NCBI GenBank assembly: GCA_051294905.1
Contig: CM119378.1
Location: 3,412,001-3,476,000, forward strand
Direction of reading: 5' to 3'
Length of the DNA: 64,000 nt
From: Botryllus schlosseri
Taxonomy: Eukaryota
Part shown: one piece after another, positions 53,836 to 64,000 of the stretch
Layout: each line of letters opens with the position of its first letter
How positions within the stretch are numbered: position 1 is the stretch's first letter
Program-made: the position numbers and the translations under genes
Notes under the pieces: generated by a model
What the model saw: only the letters and a program-made list of their open reading frames with translations
Told to the model about the DNA's origin: nothing
Databases searched by the model: none

Positions 53836-53872
53836 TTCAACGAATGGCGGGAGAGAAGCGACGTCGGCCAAT
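53836..53872 (-). promoter_or_regulatory. Putative Wee1 cell-cycle promoter core (CCAAT box, E2F/CDE-like TCCCGCC, CHR-like GTTGAA)
   Basis: Minus strand reads ATTGG..GACGTC..TCTCCCGCC ATTC GTTGAA about 650 bp upstream of the Wee1 ATG. Confidence 0.45.
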
Positions 53873-55839
53873 CACAACACGCAAATGCCAGACGCAGCGG
53901 AGCATAATTTCATTCACCCTTTTTTCTTTCCTACTCCGTACATCCTAACTTTTTCTCTTCGTTCTCGCCTTTACTCGATAGCGTCAAAGTTCCGAACTCA
54001 TCAATAGGCGTCATGCAGCGACAAAATATTCATTTCATTCATGAAGCATCCTCATTCGTTTAAGACCCGTACATTAGTATTAATTACGTGAGCCAATGAA
54101 CAATGTAGGCACGAGACTATGTTCGGTTTCGTTTTTACAGCAAATAAACTCACTTACGCTTAGCCCTATTATTGAGATCTGAAGCACAGTGCACCGCAAA
54201 TCAGCGCATACATTGTACTAATCATAGTTAACGAGAAAGTGCTCGTTTCTTAAACCAGCGGGCTGTGGACACTGAATAGTGAACACCGCCCTACTCCCTA
54301 CACCTGCGCAACAGAAATAATCGACCTTACGACGTTGTGCGCCATTTATAGAAATTTCTTCGACAATATAAACAAACTTGAAGCATAGACTACAGTCTGG
54401 GATATCTCCGTATCCCAAAAAATCGCGATATCACTATTAGTCTGTACCAGTTACAAACAGTCTGCGTTTACAAGTCCATTTCCAAAGTTATACGTGAGAG
54501 CTGACTTGTCGGCACTCGTCTTTGATGTTGCGGTGTATCAAAGGGTAATTACGTGTTGAATAGTTGGCATTATCCCTCGGATCTAAAAGCGCACAAACAT
54601 TATTTACTCACAGGATATTAGTCTAGAAGAGATGTTGTCTATCATTTACCGAACAGTTGCTACATGAATCGGAATAGCAGTATGGTTTGGGTACCGAATT
54701 GTCTTCTAGTCGATGAAATGCAATACGCCAATACATAGCCTATATACATAGTTCTGTAAATATGGAGTGTGCCTACACTACATATCTATAGCTAGCAATA
54801 GCCTACGCAGCTTATATGTCATAACTTTCCGATTCTTCATTTGCTTATGGGTTTCGCATAATTGTGTTACATCTGCGTGAAGCTAGATCAATCTATCACG
54901 ACAATAAGGCGTCAAAATCGTGGCTCGCGAAAGCCACAAGACTTGAGAGTCTGGTAGTTTGAGAATGAATTGACAAATAACGTCACAAACATGAAGCTAT
55001 ATTGGCAATGTTACGATGTGACATTCAGTCTCGAAATCTGAAAATCACAGTTTGAGTACATAGCGTCAATTCAATCATATTACACATCACATAACACCAG
55101 TGTTGGTCCTACGATTGAAGGGTGGGGGGCTGGGAGAGACTTCCGAGGGGGACTCTATAAATATGTATTTGCCGCTTCTGACCCCCCTTTCGCAGTTATT
55201 GTCATATCTATTATTGCATGGTTGCAGGGATAGACTATATCAAAACTATAAGTAGCCCTACCTCTGCCACATGCACAGACTTGATGATTATCGGGATATG
55301 GGACTTTTCTAACAAATGCAGAGATCTGATGATTGACCAGAGAGGGTGCCCTTCGACCAGGGGGACCCGGGCGACCGTCCCTCTCGCCCACCCCAAAAGC
55401 TACCACTGCATAACACATCCAACATATCACATGCGGGTTCGACAATTTTGAATCCACACGCGAAAGCGACTGAACAACATCATTCTGAAATATAACCATT
55501 AGATAGAAATGATAGTTGCTGTCATTTTATTCCCACTTCTCGCACAATACAATGCTGCAAAAGATATGGGACTCAAAAAGCGTATCGCTGTAACGGGTAT
55601 GACCTCAAACTACAGATGTTACAGAGTATCGGCCTGCCTCTCCATAAACTTTTATATAGATTATATGAGCGATTTCCAACATACCGAAATGACGCAAGAG
55701 ATCGTTCAGCACTGACTCGAAATGGTTTCGCTGGCTGTAGACGGATTTTTCCATTTATCCCAACAAACACCGCGATAAGTTTTATCGATTTCGAATGAGA
55801 GGATGATTTAGAAAATACTTATATAGACGCTTTTAGCAC

Positions 55840-57520
55840 TAGGGTGCTGTCGCATTTGTTTTACAGTACATAAAGTTGCGACTGCTGAGACATCTGGCAC
55901 GCTGACGGTAGTCAAAACGTGACTAGCGACATTGGTAATACTAATTCAATTATCTTTTGCGGAATAAGGAGTGAAAAAGTGAATTTGTTATCAATTTTCG
56001 CATTCAGGTTGAGCGAAGTCTATGTATAAAGCCTGGAGTGGATTATAACTTTCATTTTCGAGTGCTATTAGTCATTGATGGTAGAGTGTGAAGGCTAATC
56101 TGCCGGAGCACCTTTCACAAAAACTGGAGTAATCGTCTTGGTTTCAAAACCGGCGCAGCGAAACAACTAACCAACGGAAGTTACAGTGGGATTTGCCGAG
56201 ATCCATAATGATATATCCTGGCAAGAAAAAAATGCCATACGAATGTGACTCTGGATTAGGCTACTTTGCAATCTAGTGCCAAGTGTGCCAGCTGAAGACT
56301 CGCATCTCTCACTAAAGACCATAATCCACAAGTAATAATCGATTGGAGACAATTGCAGTTGTAGAAAACAATATGAAAAGTACCATTGTGTACGGTTAAT
56401 GGATGAATGGCAAGCTCCCAAATGCTTGTTAGCATTAGGGGATAACTAAAACATATTAATCGTAAGTTACGTGCTACCCTGTAATATGCGAACATTATTG
56501 CAAAGACTTTGGGCTCAATGATGACTAAGATAAATAGGTTTTCAGACAGGTCCTGCTTAATTCTGTAATAGCTGAAACCATCAATACTCAATATACTAGC
56601 TGACAGAAACGGCACACGTATAATTTTACAGGCAGATTAGCAACATATTATATTCATTAGGTGATAGAATTGCGCCGGGGTTAAGCCGATAAGTGTCTGG
56701 TATAATCGTTGGTATTGAAATATCTCTAAGCAATGTTTATTGTTGAGCAGCAGACGCTGTCGCGCGTTGGTGATAGAATAAATTAGCAATTTGTTTTGTA
56801 CCCTAGGTTTTCAATATCAATATCTATTGTTCCTTATCTTCGAACATGTCTCTCTACCAATGTACCCATCCCATACATATGGATTAACCTGATAACATGT
56901 CCGCAACGTGTTTTGCACCTGACTCCCGCCAATTTCCTGTGATAACAAGATTACCCCTTGATAAATGATGATGGCGGAGGCAATTAAATTGAGGTATCAT
57001 GTAGCTGTGGCTGAAATCAAGCTTTCGCCTGTCGCTGTCGCTACATCCAATTTGCATCATCTGCATAATTATCTATGCTCGATTTTTCGTGCTCGCTCTT
57101 GATACGCTCAATAACAAATCGGTATGCTTGTCGCACTGTCGCACCCATCGCAAATATACTCCAATTACTATGGTAAAAGTGCTAAATGTAAACTGCTGTT
57201 CGCTGTTAAACTGCAAGTTGCACCTCCATCAGTACTGTTGCCAAACGTGAAGCTTATTAGCGGCGGTCCGGCTACGAAAAGTTAAAGACTCATTATGAAC
57301 GGTTCCATTGAGTATACAAACAGTGACGAACCTTGTTTATTTTAGACACGTGGAGACTTTTGTTTACCATCTGCAATTGTCGAGATTTGAAGGCGACGAA
57401 TAAGAAAAAGACAGAGTGATGCGTATTGCGTGCTCTCAATTCATCATTTCAGCATGTCACTTGACAAATGATACTATCGCGATTGCGAGCTTAGGGCGCT
57501 AAATGTGGCGACAGACACGA
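55840..57520 (-). mobile_element. Highly decayed hAT (Ac/ZBED1-like) transposon relic
   Basis: ORF 56167-56421 contains YL..VFSERCESSAG..TRLQSSL...IRM, resembling the hAT dimerisation motif SERxFSxAG..R.SL. TGTCGC repeats near both ends. Boundaries approximate. Confidence 0.5.
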
Positions 57521-57814
57521 CGAAGTTTATTATGATTCGCCCTACGGAACCGACATACAAGTATGTTTGTATTGTTCGATTGTCCTCGACTGAATGCACT
57601 GTAACGCATCGTCACTTCGTGGCACTACAGAGAATGACATCAAGTGTATAGGTTAGCAATAACCGACTGGGCCGAGATTGGCATCCCAGCACATCGGAGG
57701 TAGGCCTGCTGATCCTGCTTGAGCGGCCGTTTACAATCGTAACGCAATTCTCTCCGAAAAGCCCTGTCAACCGCTTTGTGGTATTGGCTCTCGTGGCGAT
57801 ATGTCATATTATTT

Positions 57815-58116
57815 GGTCCGTGGACATATGAGCATGCGACATTACAGCATGCGACACTTCGGCATGCGACAATTTGGCATGCGACACATGAGCATGTGGG
57901 TTAAATTACGGGTTAGGGGTAGGTTAGGTTAGGTTTATGGTTGGGTTAGGGTTAGGGTTTAGGTTAGGTTAGGCTATGTTAGGTTAGGTTAGGCTATGTT
58001 TCGGGTTAGGGTAAGTTTTTGGGTTATACAGTCACATGCTGAAGTGACGCATGCTGATGTGTTCCATGCTGAACTGTCGTTTTCCATTGTGTCGCATGCT
58101 CATATGTCGGGCAACC
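57815..58116. mobile_element. MULE/Mutator-like MITE with (GGTTA)n/TTAGGG core
   Basis: GG..CC ends, 9-bp TSD ATATTATTT, inverted arrays of a 15-bp GCATGCGACA subterminal repeat. Confidence 0.82.
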
Positions 58117-58233
58117 ATATTATTTATGTGGCGATTTCTATAATCAAATAATGGAACCATACAGCAATATCTTAGTTAGACTCATTAGGGCCCCACCATC
58201 AGCTTGTCGGTTGCTCCTTATAATAATGTCTCT

Positions 58234-58670
58234 CAATTCAATTCATTTATATATTTACAATTTCATCATTTCAATACACCACAACCACAAGTCTGCGATA
58301 CAATGAAACGATAGGAAGGTGTAGTCTTTGAAATCAGACACCCACCTGGCCTAGGCGATGTGAAAGGAGGCAACACATTGCACACTGAAAGAAAAGTAGA
58401 AGAAGAAATATAAAAGGACAGACCAGAAAAGAGGTGGCAGGTGTCGCATGGCGAGATCAATATTTCAGGCCGTGGTCTGGTAAACTTGAGGGCTGACTAG
58501 CATTGATTCAGTAGAATTTATTTGTATTTCAACTTTAATGTGGACACTGGACGTGGACATGCTCGACGACGACTGGACGACGTGGACGCGCGTGTGTTGT
58601 ACTTTTGCACTTTTGATAGCAAGGTAACGAAGTCATTGGCATTTTCAGGGTCGTGACCGCAAATCTTTTA
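58234..58670 (-). mobile_element. Degraded, internally deleted copy of the LINE at 6372-7130
   Basis: Reverse complement contains AAGTACAACACACGCGCGTCCACGTCGTCC, GAGCATGTCCAC and CATCGCCTAGGCCA.GTGGGTGTC, matching 6680-7020; (TGAAT)n tail. Confidence 0.85.
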
Positions 58671-58757
58671 TTTTTAGGACAACGACTATTATTATGGAGT
58701 ACCTGATGCTGTAGCCTAGTTCTTGCAGATAATGCTCAGCAGATAATGCCGCATTGT

Positions 58758-59749
58758 AGGGTAGAGTGGGGCAACACGCCTACCTAAGTGGGAAACGTCA
58801 TAATATTCCCCCAAATTAGTCGAAAAGGATTGGATTTCGGAAGTTGCGCGTAAGATACCATCCCAAATCTACATCGATCGTCTGGAAAGTACAAGTTTTT
58901 ATCATATGTAAAATTATCATTCATCTATGTCCAGTTTGTCCACCAATTGGACGTTTTGTTACATGGGTGGCGCAAAACGCCTCCATTAGCTTTTTACCCC
59001 GTTATACCCTACTAAATACAGCATGCTACTCAGTAACTGAAAAATATTTAATCCCTACACAGACACATGCCTCTCCGCCTCATCATGGCGTACCGGATCT
59101 TTTGAAAACAAATTTCATCCAGAAATACCAAGTGATTATGATAAGTCAAAACACTAAGTCCGAACGGGGCCTACGATAGGCTCCGGTCCGAAGTTATCGA
59201 AATGTATCTTGTTTAGTCAGAGGTAGAGACTATATTCGCCAGCTGAATATATATGTTGATAGAAATGGCGTTCTCTGAGAAGGCATCCTTGATGAACCCA
59301 TAAACGGCTACTCATTCCATATTTACTGGGTTTTAAGGGGTGGGACGTTTTACCTCAGGCGTATAGGGTAGGCGTTTTAGCCTCGAGTTCGCCAATGTTT
59401 GTGGATCAGCTACCAGGTGGTTATTGTGTGAATTCCCCTTCGGACTGTGGCTTAAATCCAACTATACGTGCAGTGAAATCATAGGACCGGAAAACTCTCC
59501 GTAGAATCCGTTAAATACAACATTTCACTTGGTTGTAAAAGTCTATCTTTTGGAAATAATATGATTAAAAGTCATAAATTCTCATAAAACGTTACAAATC
59601 TTCATTCGGGCATGGAAATCAACGTGACTTTCGTCTGGCCATTGGGCGATATTTGCGATACAGTGACGCTTTCAACGCTCGCTTTGTTCTGTCATGTTGA
59701 TGGTGGGCGTAGTGTTACTTCGCCTGGGCGTTTTACCACACTCTACCTT
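58758..59749. mobile_element. pogo-like TIR element (old)
   Basis: AGGGTAGAGTGGGGCAACACGCC / GGCGTTTTACCACACTCTACCTT; internal GGGCGTTTT-like repeats. Confidence 0.6.
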
Positions 59750-62168
59750 CAGGTTTGATTGGAATAATGATTTAAAGAGCATCAGAAGAACCCAGAGTGG
59801 CATGTAGTCTCTAAGGCTGTAGAACAGCACAGTTCCGTGATAATTTTTTTAGTGTAAGCTAAATAGGCCTACTAACTTTATTAACCGGACCAACGTAGCT
59901 GGTACGAGGAGTAGGCCTATGACGCTTCGAGTATTTATTACTTACTGTATCATCCAGAGGCAATGTCTTTCGAGTAGCTTGTATAAGGATGATTGATACT
60001 GATTTAATTTCAAATCAAAATACAATATCTTAGTATATTGTGTCGTGCTACGATTCGAGTTAGACTTTCAGTTTCCTTGAACTAGCTTTTTCATACCTTA
60101 ATGACCTGTAAATCATGATTTGTCTATAGTCGTATGCTGGGCTCAAATGCGTTAGTAGGGCAACCTAATCGGATTAAGGTAGGCAAGGATGCTGATTACG
60201 GATGACGGGATCGGGAGGTCTGCGTACGGGAAATCGATTCGATGTCATAGATGTGCTGCCCTAAAAAAATTGTATGTAGCCCGCAGGCACCTTACTGCGA
60301 TACGTCAAGCCCGCTGTGCCTTCAGGATCTCCACGCTGCGAACACCTTATGTTCGATCCAACAGTGCAATTGTGTCGCGACCGTACATTAGTCAGCATGG
60401 TCGAACACACCGTTTCGCGTCGTGGGAAATTGGCCGCACAAAAACAGTCTGCGGGAGATGCACACCTCAGACACTGACGCCAATCAAGCCATTTGGAGCT
60501 GCTAGACGCACATAATTAATATGTAGGTTGCGTATGAAAGTTTACTTTGCAGTGTGCCTCGTTCTAATGCCTACATACAGGTGCAGCATCACATAACAGT
60601 GGCGCAGCTCCGGAATGTTCTCTCTCTCTCTCTCATTGATGCAGCTCCAGCGAGCTGACCTTCTCTGAAAATATAGTTGACAGCCCCAGTTTTCCAGAAG
60701 TACTAAATTCCACATCCTCATCGAACACAAAAACGTGTCGGGCATTTGATCCCAACAAAGTCCATCGTAGAGTATTGAACATTTCACATCACAGTTACGA
60801 TGTGAGACATTCATGTAGGTTTGATGAGACGAGTTGCACATCTAAATCCGCCACAATCTAATCTAATTTGTGAAATGTCGCTTCGCTCTATTACAATCTA
60901 ATTTGTGAAATGCTTCTTGGACGTAATGCTAATCTAATTTATGGTTGTGTTAACAATACTACCGAATCTATTTTGCGAAACGAACCAAGCCTGCTGCACA
61001 GACATTTGCTATTCTCATGCTTTATGAGAATGATCCGTACTCTGATTTGATATGAACTAACTTCATTCCATGCCCAAGTTTTTTGCGAATACATTAATTC
61101 TAATCTACGTTCAAAAAAATGTGTAGTTATAATTCTAATCTAATTGGGAAAAAGTGTGTAGCTATAATTCCAGTTATAATCTAATTTGAAGAAGATGAAA
61201 ATTATCTAGTTGTTTGTCTGGCACACCGGCTTGTTTGAAATTTATTTATGCGTTACACGGTATGACTGAATCGTAGCAAGGAGTCACGCAGTTCTTACAA
61301 TTCTCTGAATCATACCAGCTTCTTCCGCAACGTAAGATACCGACAACACAGTGACAAGAACTGTTTCCCGGACCACGCTTTTTTATTTACATCGACTAGG
61401 CCCAGGCGAGTGTCTTGATTCCAAAGACTTGGTCCAAGCCGTTTTGACACATGCTATCTTTTCATTGTATCGCCGTCTTATTGTGTTTACATATGATCAA
61501 ATTATTAATTACCTGACACTGATACCGCACTCTCATTCATTCAACCCATTCGCCAAGTGCAGTGGCTGATATATATATTTAATATCATGACAACAATGAT
61601 AAAATACTGGATTGGGAGCGAACATGATATACATGAATCACTGCAAAACTTGCTAGCACTTTCAGGCAAAAACATTGAAGCCACAGAAATCTTCGTAACA
61701 CAATGAATACAGCGGCGAAAAAATCGTATCAGAAAAAAGCAAAATTGCACAAGTAACCTTAAATTTCACAAGCATATATTCCATAGATTCAATCCGATAG
61801 ATATACAAAAAATAGACAGACTCTAACGGTAGTTTACCTGCCGAAGTACGTGCAACAGAAAATCGCGCCGTCATAGAAAAATAACACACAGCGTACAATA
61901 TTATGGTCACATCTTAACGGTTGTAGTTATAATTTCGACTCCATAATACGCCAGAGAATGTTTAATAAATAGCAATTCAATGAGTATGATTCACCACCTA
62001 CATATTCAGTTAAAAAGCATCGCGAGATGGCGCGTTATTTGCGTAGATTGTGAACTTATTGAAAATCAGGACTACATGTTGCTCTGTTATGATCAAGGAA
62101 AATAATAGCTTTTGGTCGCGAATAGGCACTTGGGGTGAGTAATGGGCGTGGGGATGACGAATGATTGA

Positions 62169-63998
62169 TCACAAATCATCATCCCCAATTCCCTCGAAAG
62201 CAGTGTAGTTCGTTGAAGATGCTTCTTCGACAGACTGATCTTCGCTGTTTGAAGAAGGGCTCTGCAAGGCAACAATATATATAAGTACACGTAGGAACAT
62301 GCATATACAGGCAGTTTTTCACCCAGTAGCTCCGCGTTGTATTTAAAATTTGGTAGTAAATAATAGTTATCTAGGTGGGTACTTCTATTTTTTCAAATCC
62401 AAAATTTTCCACTGCAATAGCTTCGCTTCTACAGGTGGGAATTGTGCCAAATTTGAGGTGCGGCATTTTTTTTATGCAACTTAACAATTCTATCAGCTAG
62501 CCAGGGAAATAGAGAAAAAAGTTATTATTGAACACCCCTAGCGCACATGGCATTTTGCACTAAGCGGAAACAGTACACAAAATCTTACCGTTGCTTTTTT
62601 TGAAGAGTCTTTGGCATCGTTGACCTTGAAAAATAATTCGACCATGAAACATAGTCTGCAATCTACATAGCCTTCAGAACGTACCTCAGGACCGAACAAG
62701 GCTTCTGAGCTTTTATCTCTTGGCTTGAACCTTATACTGTTCTTCGACTTTTCAGGCTGGCAAAATAAAAGTGTCACATGAATCTCGGTTCCGTATCTTT
62801 AACAAAAGCTGTCCAAGAATGCAAGGAATGAGAACAGTCGTAGAGCTGTAGGCGCAGAATGCAGACCCTCCATATTTCATTATCACTGGTGTTCAGCAAG
62901 CGTTTCATTGCAATGCATGCAATAGAACCCATGACCATGCACTTTTAACCATTTCATCATAATTGAAATGAGTTATTCTGCAGACAGTAGTCCATGCAAT
63001 ACGTCTGGCAAGGCACCACCAAGTATACACAAACACTCTTGAAATATCTTGAAAACTCACCTTTCGTATCTTTCCTCCTTTTCTCTTGCGCAGAAGTTCG
63101 TCGACCATATCCTTGATGCACATGCTCATCATAATGGCCTGTGTATTCAATAGTGTTGCCAATGAAATGAGAGGCTATGCATGATCGTGATTCTCAAACA
63201 CTTGAGACTCGGACCAACACTTTTGTATGGCCTGTGTATAATGTGTATATCGAACAGCACTCGACCAGTAGAGAATTGATATCAATAAATAAACAGAGAT
63301 AGTCTAGCTAGTAGAAGTGCAAGTAACGTCATAATTTACTACTCAATTACAAAAAGCGATTTGCGAGATGTGTCAAAACTACTGGAAGTAGAGGCGGAGA
63401 ATGTAAGTACTTCAATAATTAAATTTGTTGATGGTTTGCATACTTTTAAAAGCAAATAAGAGAAGGGCTACTTTCAGAATATCAAGCTGCAATCTATGCG
63501 ACAAACGCAAATGATAATGACGCTTCGAACGGATGCAATTTTCAAAAATATATTCGCTCATTCAGTAGCGTGATAAAAGGCAATTTCATGCTGTTCTTGT
63601 CACAATTTGAATCGTAAAAGTGACGCAAAGACATCCGGAATCTACTTTCTCCGGTACAAATTCAAAGATGCCAGAAATAAATTCGATACCAAAACTGTTG
63701 AGTACCAGTAGAAGTAGTCTGACAATATAGGTACTCGAGCTAGTAATGAAACTACTTGAACCCTACTGGAGCATATTCCGAGAATGTAGAAGTACATTGT
63801 TACTGACCGCCATTGTCGATAACCAAATGCATAGACCAGAACGAGCTAAAAAAATACCCATACCTGGTCGCTTATAACCGAAATCCATTTCATGTTCCCT
63901 TTGCTGACGAGATACTCGAAGCTCAACTGTAGCAGAGGCTGCGCGTCTTCGACGGTGTTCTGGTTGACGTCGGAGTCTTTCGTAAAGTGCGACGACGC
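62169..63998 (-). CDS. SNX17: Sorting nexin-17, 3' portion (last 5 exons; gene continues beyond the window)
   Basis: Exons 63998-63864 (..LQLSFEYLVSKGNMKWISVISDQ), 63138-63061 (AIMMSMCIKDMVDELLRKRKGGKIRK), 62756-62685, 62624-62589 and 62261-62169 (..AFEGIGDDDL*). These match the SNX17 FERM F3 end and the conserved FEGIGDxDL C-terminus. Confidence 0.9.
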
Positions 63999-64000
63999 CT

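Noticed and set aside
57895..58025. True telomere or chromosome-fusion site
   Set aside because: Short, degenerate, single orientation, and enclosed by TIRs and a TSD.

Overview
Eukaryotic (animal) genomic DNA with AT-rich introns, GC-richer exons and very dense non-autonomous DNA transposons. A tunicate or similar marine invertebrate is an inference from gene content, not proven. Three spliced genes were reconstructed by hand from GT-AG boundaries with consistent phases. (1) A 29-exon + strand gene (11434-34914, 1595 aa) encoding a secreted mosaic protein: signal peptide, Ly6/uPAR-like Cys-rich domain, 19 CCP/sushi domains and a C-terminal VWA domain with intact MIDAS. (2) Wee1 kinase on the - strand (4 coding exons, 734 aa). 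(3) The last five exons of SNX17 on the - strand. Introns and intergenic DNA hold many TIR elements, mostly hAT with 8-bp TSDs and often nested, plus two ~600-bp foldback palindromes, a MULE-like element with a telomere-like core, truncated LINEs, and a hAT MITE carrying two joined fragments of 28S rRNA. Most short ORFs in the supplied track are spurious or are exon fragments.
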